DNA of 64,000 nt from Euglena gracilis (Eukaryota): positions 48,649,847-48,713,846 of the forward strand of contig CP154954.1 of assembly GCA_039621445.1 (NCBI GenBank). Direction: 5' to 3'. The position numbers and the translations under genes are program-made. Below the pieces are notes generated by a model, which saw nothing but the letters and a program-made list of their open reading frames with translations, was not told where the DNA came from and made no database searches. Of this stretch, positions 40,397 to 52,900 are shown piece by piece (position 1 is the first letter of the stretch; each line of letters begins with the position of its first letter).

Positions 40397-43300
40397 CTGT
40401 GGCGGAATGAAATCTTTGCCACTGTATTTTCATTTGCATGATGCATTTTACCAACATCTACATCTACATCTGCATAACCCCCCAAAAATAAGACCCCTCT
40501 GGACGTTCCGAGCAAAAATCCATGAAATGGACCCCCATGAATAAGACCCACCCCTGGCCCTTCCGAGAAAGGCCCTAAAGGCCCCGAGAAAGCCCTTCCA
40601 TGAAATGGGCCCCTCCATAAAAGTGGGAAAGGAATGGCCGGAGGCCTGAAGGAAGGCATGACAAGAAGAGGTGAAAGGAAAACATTTTTTAATGATCATG
40701 CATCAGTAGCACAGCTTCATTGCATGCATGGCCCCTGGGGTCAGGGTGTTGGCCTCTTTTTCTTGTGGACAATCTCGGATATATCTTTAAAATGACGTGA
40801 GAATCAGTGCTCAAAAGGGAATCATGCAATAATTTTCAAAAACAAAAAAATTCCTGAAAAAATCCATGCAATGGACCCCCCCCATGAATAAGACCCCCCT
40901 CAGGCTTTCCAGCAACAGACCCATGAAATGGACCCAGGTTATTATTTTTGGGGGGGTTCTCCCTCAAATGACCTATAAATGCTGGTTAAGGACCACCTGA
41001 AGGTTCATTTTGGGGGTTCATTCGGGGGGGGGGGGGTCGCTGAGCACTTGTCCCTTAATGAACTCAGATACCTTTGTGCTCTTTAGAGCCCTTTCATAAC
41101 CCTTTATGGAGAAGAGAAAATCTCACCACCAGATAAACCCACCTCGTTCCAAAATTATTCAACAGAAGGGGCCCAAACTGGTCAAGATCCCATTTTGATG
41201 ACGAAACCAACCCGACCAAAGTCAGCCCAATACTGACAATATTTGGGACAAGTTTGGCCAATGTTTGGCCATTTTTCGGTTTGTCCAGATGCCAACCACC
41301 CCAAAATATGTCCCCCAAAAAACCTATTTTGGACCCATTTTGGGAACTCCCATTTTGACCCTAGGGACCGATTTTCCTTTGGCGATTGGATATGGGGGGG
41401 GATGGGGAGGGGGCTCGGAACCCCTCCACAAAAATGACATTTTTCAGCTACCAGTGTCACACAGATACCCCTCGAACATGGGTCATGGGTCGGCTTAACA
41501 AAGAAAACTTGAAACCAAGCACCTCCAGAAACTTGGGTATTTTGGTGCTGTTGCCAGGATTTGTTCAGCCAGATCATTTGGGTGATTTGATCCAAAGCAA
41601 ACAACGTGTGGCCCACCTTACAGTTAATTTATGGGATTGGTGTTTGTCTCCGACCAGGGGGGGGGTCACAAAAACAGCCAACGTTTTGTCTCCGACAAGC
41701 AATTTCTACTGTTTGTCGCAACCTGACACAAATTTTCAACACTCTTTGAATGGAAAAGATCGCATCTGACAGGGGGGGTCGTTGGGCCAAGTTGTTGGAC
41801 AAGGGGGGGGGAGGAAAATCATTTCGAAACGATCACAACCAGCTGCTGGGGAATGAGTTGTTGAAAAATCAAAAGAATCCAACCACCCCAAAAAAGCAGG
41901 GAAATTAGCATCTATGGTCAAACATATAACAATAGTTGTTGTTGTGGCAAAAAAAAAAGGTGCACACACTGGAGATAATGCTATCCTGCAACTGACCAGG
42001 ATTACTTCTTTCAATTCCAACAGCAAAGAGCTCTCCTTTTCAAAACAGCCATTCACCAAAAACAAAAGCAAAAAAAAGCTGGAAAGGTGTTTTGCAAACC
42101 ACTGTCCAAATCAAAACATTCCTCTTTGAGGCAACGTCATTTCTCGTTGCAAAAAAACTGGTGTTCTCGGGATTTGTCATTTGTCAGGATTTGTCGGAAT
42201 TTGTCAGAAATCCGTACCCCAGAGGACCCAAAAACTGTTGTCAGGATTTCAATTGAACTGGAAAAACATCCATCAAGAACATGTGTTGGTGATTCCATTG
42301 CTTGCTGACCCCCCCTCAGTTGCACTGAGGCTTCTTGGGGGCGCTAAAGCCCCCCCCGGGGGGTTCCACTTTCAAAAAACCAATCACTCACTTTCAAAAA
42401 CCAGTCACCCACTTTCTAACCCCCTCCAAATCACAATGGAAACTCGTTGGCCAAAACCCCAAAAAACTTCGGCACCAGGTGGGCTACTTTCGGTCGATCC
42501 CCCCCCAACTCTTTGGAAAAAAAAGTCAACACACCGCTTCTTGGTTTCTGGCCTTCGTTCCGTGTGTGGTTGTTGAAGATTGGATTAGCATTGTTTGCTC
42601 ATGAAAATATCGAGATGGGATTGCAACATCGCTTCCAAAAAGGAGTCACACAGAACTGGTAGCATTTGAAAACTTTTATCAAAATGGAATGCAAAAATTG
42701 TGTCACAGCATTTTGGGGCGAGTTGCCTAATTGACGGCAAAGACCAGGTTGCACAATGTCAAAGCCACAAAGAGAGGTAATGGGGTTCTGGGTTGATGCT
42801 GTCAAATTGAATGAAGCGGTGTCCCAAGCAATGCAGGTGCATTGGACAACAGAATAGCACCATCTTGCAAACGTTGAGGAATAGACGTTGGCTTTCCCAG
42901 ATGCAAATTGCTGCTGTTCACAATTTGCTGGGCATTGTGATTGCTAGCAGCCATTGAACCCACTTCAGGATGGGGGTGGGAGGGGATATCCATGTGGAAG
43001 GGGAGTCTTCATCATGGTGCAAAGCATTTCTTGACCTCATCTTAACGTGCGAGGTTGTTTCTTGAAAAATAAACACCCCATAATATCCCCCCGGAACACT
43101 ATTTGGCCAGCCGAAATCACCCTCAGGGGGGAACATGATTTGGGAGGAGCATAATTTGGCACTTTTTTTGTATTTTCAAATGCATTTCATCCATGTTGAG
43201 CACCATCAAAATACATGGGGGGTGGAATTTATATTTCAAAAAAATACAATTTGGTATTTTCCATTCGTTTTCAATCCAAACATGGTAGAATTCATGCAAA

Positions 43301-44550
43301 AGTTGCAAAAAAATATAGTTGCAGGAAAACTCAGTTTTTTCTGTGGCGGTCCGTGAAAAATGGGGGAATATTATTTGGGCGGCCGAAGTCAGGTCCCGGG
43401 GGGAACACTATTGGGGGGATATTATTGGGGGGGGGGTTGTGTTCTTGCGGAGAACATAGAAACTGGTGTGTGGGGGAATACTTTTTTGTTGTTTTTCTAA
43501 AAACAGGCATGTCATTACTTTTTTCCTTCAAAAATGCGGACTTTTTGGGGGAAAAACCACTCCCCTCTCAAAAGGAACAATAGCCATATGCAGTCTTCAG
43601 AGGCATCTGAGAAATCACCATTTGTATCATTGGGCCACACACTTCGACTGTAAACAGGCACGAAGACATCTCTTCTTCTTATCGCTCATTTTGTAGAATC
43701 CAAGTTTCGGTATCCGACATCAGTAAATTTTCATCAATTCAAAATAAAAATAAAAACAGTCCAAGAGCCCATAAAAAGATTCACTTCCAGCAGGACAACT
43801 GTGCGCAAGACAATGCCCAGGATGGAGTGGCATCTGAAGAAAGTGAAGATGAGGACAATGGCCAAAACCGCAATGGGTGTTGCTCGGTTGCAGCTCATTA
43901 AACTTCCTCCTGATTGCTGACTCCCATCATTGAAAACGCCATGTTGTGGTTGCATACAAAAGCCAAAAAGAGAGAAAAGAAAAACCAATGATCTCCTCGG
44001 TGATGTTCACTTGCCCCCTCCCTCACTCCTCCCGAGCAAAAATCCGCCCCACTCAGGGTGTCGTTGGTGTCTCCTGATATCCTCGTTCTTTCTCTTTTTT
44101 TTTCTCAATGTTTTGACACGGCAGAACGTGGAGGTTCATTGGCACAGTTCGGCATGCCTTTGCAGAGGGGGTCGGCCAAACCGGGAGGGTCCATGGGGGG
44201 GGGTATGCCAAATCTCCTTTGAACAGTAGGGGAACTAAATAGTGGGACAACTGAGAATTTTCTGGGTTCATACCCAACCCCGAGCTCCAAAGCCTCTGCC
44301 AGCCCATGGGATGTGGTGATGGTGTGTGCACATTGGCATGGCCCCTGCCCCACGCAGCAGTGCCCCAGCCAGCTCTGCTGCAGCACGCTGTGCAAAATTC
44401 AGGCCAATCCTATGCGAGCAGGTTTTTTCCATTTTCTGACCCCTTTTGAACTGCGAAGCAAACCCAGCCTCAGGTGAGGGACGAGGCGGCTCAAACTGCA
44501 GTGAGTGGCATTGGACCGCACCTTTGAACAATGCAAATTAACAACCCCTG

Positions 44551-44747
44551 TCAGGACTCGGGGGGGGGGGGCAATTAGTGGTGGGTGCTGATCCCTCCTA
44601 TTGTCACCTTTTTTCCCCTTGGCCCCTTTTCATTTGGAACCCCACACCCTTTTTGCCAGTTTTGGTGATAAGGTGCAGTCATATCGCAGCCCCCCCTTAT
44701 TTTCAAGAATATTTTGGAATGGGGCAGGATCTAGGACCCCTTGGAGG
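44551..44747. repeat. ~195-bp repeat, inverted partner of 37787-37982
   Basis: Reverse complement of 37787-37982; the outer end runs into degenerate (AG)n sequence. Confidence 0.9.
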
Positions 44748-44754
44748 CGAGGCC

Positions 44755-45311
44755 AGGATACAGAGGAGAAGCGCTAGAGCGAGAGATAGAGAGAGATCTA
44801 GAGAGAGAGGAGCGAGAAGAGATAGATATTAGACGATATTAGAGAGAGAGCGAGAGAAGATGAGATAGAGAGAGAGGATAGAGAGCGATAGAGGATAGAT
44901 AGATATATCTATGAGAGCGATAGAGAGATAGCTGAGAGATGATAGATAGTAGAGAGATAGATAGAGATAGGCGATAGAGAGATACTGGGATATAGATATA
45001 TATAGATAGAGATATATATCTAGCTAATCTATCATTATATATATATTATATATATATATATATATATTATTATATGCTCAAACATATCTACATAAATTAC
45101 ATATATATATATATATATACATATATATACACATATACATATATATACATATATATAAATATATATACATACATATATATATATACATATATACATATAC
45201 ATATATACATATATGTGTGTGTGTATTATATACACACACACATATATATACATATATACACATACATATATACGTATATGTGTATATATGTATATAAATT
45301 TGTATATATAC
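44755..45311. repeat. Degenerate (AG)n/(AT)n microsatellite
   Basis: Direct inspection. Confidence 0.9.
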
Positions 45312-45654
45312 GTTGACACGAACAATTTTTGCCGATAAACTGGGTGGTTCTGGACGATTACGAACAATGCATCTTAGGTTTTCCTATCATTATGACATTA
45401 TGATGAGGGGTTGGGACCTACAGCTAACCTTGAAGCTTGGGGTGCAATGGGGTGGGTGGGTAAGCACCTTTAATTCCCGTCATCTGGCAGTGTTCACCTT
45501 TTCCACATTTTTGGGCTTTCCCTCTCTTTTTCAACCAAACTCTGCAGACAGAAAGCCAGGGTCGAAGTTTTTTTCCAACCTATGCACTGCAGGAAAAAGT
45601 GCCAAAAATCACGATGGAAGTCAACATAGCCTGAGTTCCCACCAATATATACAC

Positions 45655-45659
45655 ATATA

Positions 45660-45695
<36 letters not shown>

Positions 45696-45929
45696 TGTAT
45701 GTATGTATGTATGTATGTATGTATGTATGTATGCATGTATGTATGTATGTATGTATGTATGTATGTATGCATGTATGTATGTATGTATGTATGTATGTAT
45801 GTATGTATGTATGTATGTATGTATGTATGTATGTATGTATGTATGTATGTATGTATGTATGTATGTATGTATGTATGTATGTATGTATGTATGTATGTAT
45901 GTATGTATGTATGTATAGATATAGATATT
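45655..45929. repeat. (ATGT)n microsatellite
   Basis: Direct inspection. Confidence 0.95.
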
Positions 45930-45991
45930 ACACAAAATCGTCCATGTCACCCGGACACACGGTGTGTCCGGGTTACAATGGACGATTTTTG

Positions 45992-47067
45992 TCTATATCC
46001 GTTGACTAAGAGGCCCAAGACACACACTGTGTCTCGTGGAACTTAGCCACGCAATGTCTACCCCGTATTTTTTTTGCGATTTTTTGTCAAATTTTCAGTT
46101 CACGAGGACACACGCTGTGTCTCGTGGACTGCCAGTCCACGAGACACAGTGTGTGTCCCAGTCCACGGGGACACACACTGTGTCTCGTGGACTGCCAGTC
46201 CACGAGACACAGTGTGTGTCCTCGTGAACTGAAAAAAATCAAGAATTCCCACTGGTCCGACCAACAAGTGCCCCCCAATAACTTGGCCTTTCGGCAACTT
46301 TTGGCTTAGAGCATAAAGGTTTCTCGTGGACAAGTTTTACCACATTCCACTACCTGTCCTTGCAGTTTTTTCTTTCGGAAAATGAAGAAGACCGCAAACA
46401 GTGTGGACCGCATGCTCCCCCGACCCCCGAAACCAGATGAATTTGTTGCTACACTGGAAAAGTATTTGGTCGATTTGCAGAAGGGCCCTGCTGTTCACCC
46501 AATACACAGTACGTTGTTGACCAACGTGTTGGAAGAGAAGCCAAAAGGGACCGCAAAGGCTGAGCGTGTAGCTGTTACACGCCTGTTGGAGTTCCAGATG
46601 CGTGTGGGCTGTCGTACCACTGGAAGTGTGCTAACCTGGTGCGTCCCCCAAAGCATGGGTCCTGGATTTGTGAGTCGTGTGTTGGTCAGTAAGGCGTAAC
46701 GCTGGGCTCCTCGTTACGTCTCCTCGTTGTCTGTTATGCCGTTCCGTGTCCCGACGACCATTGTTCCAAATTCGCGCCAACTGTCTCTCAGCTGTTACAG
46801 CTCACGGTTGTCCGGTGACCATCTTTCCACTGCCCTGCTGCATTGCATTAGATGTAGAACACCTCGCATTTCTGGCAAACACCTTTTATTTTTCAGTCCA
46901 CGAGACACAGTGTGTGTCCCAGTCCACGGGGACACACACTGTGTCTCGTGGACTGCCAGTCCACGAGACACAGTGTGTGTCCCAGTCCACGGGGACACAC
47001 ACTGTGTCTCGTGGACTCAGTCCACGAGACACAGTGTGTGTCTTGGGCCTCAGTCCACGGATATAGA
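45992..47067. mobile_element. TIR element with palindromic GACACACACTGTGTCTCGTGGACT repeats and an internal ORF
   Basis: ~48-bp TIR TCTATATCCGT(T/G)GACT..GAGGCCCAAGACACACACTGTGTCTCGTGGA; inserted in a TA-rich microsatellite; internal ORF 46382-46699. Confidence 0.85.
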
Positions 47068-49936
47068 TATATTTATATACTGATATTGATATATATATAT
47101 ATATGTATATATCTATATTTCTATATATATAGCTTTTTTGAAGCAGGAGTGTCGCAAAAGCCCCCGGACTTATCCCCTCAAAGTGGAAAATCACCAAAAC
47201 CCCGGTGCTGCCTCCCCCCATTTGTGTAATGCAGCTCTCCTCACTGGTTGCTGACGGCCCTGGCTGGCTCCCTTCAGGGGTTTTGACGCAATTTATTATT
47301 TTTTTTCGGCCTCGGATTTGTGTTTTTGGACGTTTGTTGGAGCACGGAAACAAGGATGGGGGGGTTAGGGTGGGTCCAGTTGCGTCGCTGGACAGGGACG
47401 CAGGAAGGAGGGCGTGCCCGGGGTTTTTGTGAAGGCCCGTGCAGGGTGAAGGGAAAGTGGTCTGAAGGGGAGGGAAGGGTCAGGAGTCGCCACCGAACCT
47501 GCAGCGGGGATGCGTCCGGCCATATTTTATCGCGATGAAACAGGTGAGGGGATCACACAAATTTCATTGGAATGATGTATTGCAGCCACGGTTTGAGCAA
47601 AGAAAGAATGTCGATGTGCGCAATTTTGCACATCGACCACTCCAGGGTGCCCAACAACGGCCATAAATACCCCAGCATTCGCACTGAAAACAGTGCGACA
47701 AACACTGTGTGTTTGGGAGAGAAGATGAGGTCCGTTTGCGCAAATGCGCACACCATTAATGCGCATTTGCGCCAACCGACCTGGTGCGGAGTAAGTAAAG
47801 GTCAGTTTGCAAGTTGCGCATGTGGTTGGCATGACACATTTGTGCACACCAACCATGTGTGTAAAGATGCACGCCGTCGAAGTTCGAAATATGCGCACCA
47901 TTATGATGTGTGCATTTGCGTCCACAATAACAAAATTTCAGACAGAACACATCAAACATGACCCCAAACACCACCTTCAATGGCTCCTTGGGAAGTACAA
48001 CTTCATCTACCACACGTCCATGTGGAGATTGTAGATTGTGGGCCTTTAGTAGATGGCCCACCACAGACACATCGCGGCACATGTGCAACGACGGTAATGG
48101 GTGGACCTCGAAAACCCCCGCCGCTTGCCCCCCTGGCTTGAGTTTTGCTGCAACAGTCACATCAGGTGACGACAGGTGATTGTGCTTCAGCAACCACCAA
48201 GGGGTGCTATGTTATCCCGCACAACCAGGACGGCAGACTTGGGGGGGGGGGCATGCTGCGAGTCCATGGAAACAATTGAAAATAGCAGCATCAGAAGTGT
48301 GGCCACAAATCTCACTGTTTTGGAGGCAGAGACCATTTAATTATTACATGTGGTGGGGTTGCGTGAAAGCACTGGGACTTAACTCCCAGATATTGTGCAA
48401 CGCCCTGGTGCATTGCATGTTTTCCGAGGAAACAATGAGACCGTGATAAAAACAGAATAACGATTCCCGGCCGCAGGACGATTAAACATGCAGAAAATCC
48501 CAGAAGTCGTCATTTTTGAAGAAAAATGCCCAACAATCACGGGGGGTTACACGTCATCAATTCCTCCCGGCAATTTCCAAACCAATGATGCGAAAACGAT
48601 CGATCGGGGGTTGGAGATGAGATGTACAAAGTTGCACACAGAGCAGAGACAAATTTTCTCTTGTCATAGGGTGTGTTCTCCTGCACATTTCGCATTACAT
48701 GAAACTGGAATTTTTTTCACCACACAATAGTTTCAAACGTTTTGCACCACAATGATCAGTGTGCGCATGTGCACACGCCAACTGTTATCGCGCAGGTGTG
48801 GTCCAAATAGAAGTGCACCCCGTCGACGGAGGCGGCGGTCCGCTATAAGCGCACCTGTGCTTCTATTCGGGGGTTACATATTTTGTGTTAGCGGTTGGTG
48901 TGTGTTTTTTTCTCTGATTTAGCTGCACATCACATCGTCCAAATGGTGGAAAGTTGGTCTCCATCAAACAAATGTGCGGCACCCGGCAGTTACAAGCAGC
49001 AGGGACGTTCCAAGGCCCATAGTCGTAACAGCCAGGGTGCACAGCCCACCGAATCTGTCGCTCAGATACATCAGAAAGCTCGTTAGGATGATAAACTGGA
49101 ATCTTCGTGTTTCCTAATGTGTTTCATGAGGTGTGCATCCTACATGTTTCTGTTTCACCAAGTGCAGTTGACGGTTCAAGGATTTTTTTTAAAAAAAATT
49201 GTCAATTTGCGCAATTGCGCACATCGACAAAGAAAAAATGTGCGAGATTGCATGTTTTGTGGACAATTTGCCTTTCTCTTGGCCAAAAGCACATATTTTT
49301 GCATATTTTTTGTTTGTTCTGCACATCTTTTGAGGCTGTTTGTTTCAAGGAGTTTCCAGCCGCATGTTTGCCCTTTCACACAAGTTCTTCCTGTCCCTTC
49401 TCGCGATCAGATCCCAGTACTCTATAAAAGGTGGCATTTTCGCCCCCCCCCCGGGGGAGGTCGGATTTTGGGGTAGCAGTGCTATAGCACACTCCCTGGC
49501 ACCGAAGATGCTGGGGCCTAAAAAATGGCCATTATCAAGGGAAATTTGCTTGGGCATCCCCCCCGGACCGGGGGGGGGGGGTCCGGACCCCCTTCACCTG
49601 ACAAGGGGGTCCAGACCACCCCTGGGGGGTTCCCGGGACCCCCAAAGGGCATTTTTTTCCCCTTCTGGCACTTTGCACCGAGATTTTTTTGACAAATTTT
49701 GCCCAAAAGTGCCCATAATGGCACTTTTGGCTGTTTTGGGGTGTCAAAGTTTTCGGTCCGGCGCTTTGCACCGGGCTGGAAGTCAGTCACCCGGACCGCG
49801 TCACTGTTCAAGCGGGGGGCCGTGTCCCCCCCCCTTTTAGCCAACCCCGAGGGGGGGAGGTGCCTTGTGCGTCTTTTGGTCAATTTTTGGTTCTGGTTCA
49901 ATTCCCAAGGTTTGCGATTGAGATGATACAAGGGAA

Positions 49937-52900
49937 ATGATGAAGGACGTGAACAGGGTGTTTTGAAAAGCTTTTTTTTTCTCTCCCATTATCATTCCAT
50001 TCCTGTGCAGCTTGCTGATGATTTGGTGGAGCTGTCACCAGAGGAGTTACGGATGAGGGCTATTCGTGAGTTTGGCCACCATTTTAGCCCAGATGTCTCC
50101 ATTCCAGAAATGGTTCAGTGGTTCTGCATGAGAGAGACGGAACGTCTAGAATGGGTGTGCAGAAATCTTTGCCGTGTGGTGTTCCCCGGTTCTTAAACCC
50201 TCAATCTCAACCTCAATCAAGAGACAATTTTTTTGGATTTTTATCCCGAATTGCTAACTCCCTCCCTCCCTCCCCAACCCCGACACCAGGGGTGTGGTTG
50301 CCGGATTGCCAACCGGTTGCCTGACTGCGCCCAGTTGATTCCTGAAAACTGGAAAAAGCCCAAATCCAACTGGGTTGAAAATAATCGCCCAAAATTTCGA
50401 GGAAAAAGCCCAAAGATAAAAAAAACTCAAATGCCGTTTTTGGCCAATCCGAACCCTTTATCGGTCCAGCCTGGCGAACCCGGGTGTGGGGTCACCTCTG
50501 GCTGATCAGTTAACAGATTCATGTGATTATTTTTTGCCTCTCCCGCCAGAATAAAATATCACTCATCTGCATGACCTTCTCGGAAATTTCAAAAATAAAT
50601 ATGAAAATGAAATTTAAATATGAATGTTTTTGCTCTTTTTGTGCCAAAATTTGGCTTTTTTTTCTGTTGAAAATTCTACATGTCTTTGGTGAGCATGGGA
50701 AGGTAACGTTCCTTTCAGAGGTTTTTTTTTGGACCCAGGGGAGGGCAGGGGGTTGACACCCACTGACCCTCTTCCCACACAGCCCTGGCAGGGGTTGACC
50801 CCAGATGTGTATGTATGTGTGTATCAAAATGTCTCTGTTTTTGTCACAAATTCAAAAATCTGTCTTTTACGCGACTGGCCTCGAATTTCCATGGATCTCT
50901 GCCCCAAAGCCCGAAGTTGAAAAGAACCATTGTTTACTCCCTCCCAGAAATTTCTGTTTTCGGCACGTTTTGGTAATTTCTGATTCACGAATACAAATAC
51001 AAATCCTGTTGCATTCAGTATTGGGGCAGACGCCTGGTTGCATTTGCGGTGGTTTGGAGCAGAGGAATCTGTCAGTCATTGTTTACTCTTTTGCGGGACC
51101 TTTTGTTCAGGTGCCCCCCAGCACCGCAGCCCCAACGATACCACGCTCCCCCCCTCCTCTGCCAAGCCATTTGCTCTCCCAAGGGACGCCCACCTTTTCC
51201 CCTCCATTCGCCACCCCCACCCCCTTCCCACCCCCTGTCAGGCCTGCCCCCATCCCCAGGCCCGCCGGCGAACTGTGCTCATTGCCCCCCTTTTTTTCCA
51301 GTGCGCGGGTTCAGAATGTCGTTGGGCACAGGCCACTCCCCGTCCCCCTCCCCCCTCACCGACCTTCGGATTTCGGCTCTTTTCAGCCACACGCCCTATT
51401 CCCAGTCCCGCAGGCCTCCTATGCCCCTCCTGTGGCTCCTCCCCAAACTGGATACTCTGCAGGTTTGTTTGTATCACGCAATGCTGTGAGGGAAGGGGAG
51501 GGGTTGCGCCCGTTGTCCCAGGGGTTCACTGGATCTATGATTTAAATGGCAGCCCCATGCCACTGCCGGGGGTTGCCACGTTGTTGGAAAAGCGCCAGTG
51601 GACCCCAATGCTCATGAAGATGGAGATATTATGAAGATTAATGACGATTATCATGAAGATGGGGCCGACCCCCAAATCCCAAGGGACCATCATATGGCTG
51701 TTCTGACATTGGGTTATGTGCCAAGTTGTGTTTGATGTTAGCTGTAGTGAGTCTGGAGCAGTGACCATATGTCTCTTGAAGGTTTTGCAGACCCCTGGCT
51801 GCAGCAGCTGCGAGTCAGCCCCAATTTCAGCCCAACCCAGCCGCTTACCTCCCTCCAAGTTGCTGCCAAAAAATTTCGGCACAAAGCGCCAAAAATTAGA
51901 GAAAGTGGTCGAAAATGGTGAAGGGGATGGTGTTTTTGAGAGTTTGAAGGGGAAACTGTGCCTTGCAGGTAATTTTTTTGGAGTTATCCAATTTCAGCCC
52001 AGCCCCACTCACTGGCCAGTCCAACTTTCTAGCCCGAGCCCAGCAAATCCCCCCCCGGGTCTTTAAAGAGATGTTTGGGTGCAACCCCTCCCGTAAAGAG
52101 ATGTATGGGGTGGTTTAAGAGTGGGTGGTGGGTGGGTTGGGGCTGCTGGACCCCCCCCCCCCAAGGTGTCCCACAGGTCAGTCTGGCCTGGCCAAAGGGG
52201 ATGCCGACACACGGTGTGCGGCACACCGTGCACACCGTGTGTCTTTCAGCGCCAAAATATTTTTGAGAAAAAAAATTGGCACTGATTTTTGGGCGAAAAT
52301 CAATCCGAAGCGCAAGAAAAATTGCAATTTTGAACTGCTCACAAAAAAAGGCATTGGGCTGCTGTTTTTGCCGTCTTCGGTGTTGGTCTTTGTTGCCGTG
52401 AAGGTTGTCAGAAAATTGTTGATAATTATTTTTCATTTTGGGACAAATTTCATCGAAAGACGCACGGTGTGCAGGGTGTTTACGGTGTCCCACACGTTGT
52501 GCCGCACACCGTGCTTCGGCATCCCCAAAGGCCGTGCCAGAAACTCTTTTCGAGGGTTTTGGCCGATTCTGGGCATTTTTCAGCGGGTGGGTGGGTTTTT
52601 GAATAAAAAGCAGGTGGGTGGGCTTGGATGGGCATTGCTTTTTTTAACTCAAAAAAAATCCAAAAATTTAAGGCATTTGAAAGTGCCTTTTCTAGGGCAG
52701 TCCGAAGGCTGTCTGGGCATTGAACCAACGTTTTTGATTGTGCACGGGGATCAAAATAATAAAACAAGTCCAAAGACACATTTTTTTGCGTTTTGGCTGG
52801 ATGGAAATGTGCCAGAAATAATTTTTAGGCCATCGAAATGCGGTCTAAAATAGGCCTAAAGTTGGCAGAAACTGGCCCAGAATCGTAATGCAACTCCAGC

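Noticed and set aside
42540-44520. Possible SWIM/CxC transposase remnants inside the inverted-repeat pair
   Set aside because: Cys/His patterns occur only in short stop-interrupted frames; no DDE core recognised.
44755-45035. Irregular AG/AT sequence as an encoded pattern (also 56810-57060)
   Set aside because: Consistent with noisy base-calling of microsatellites.
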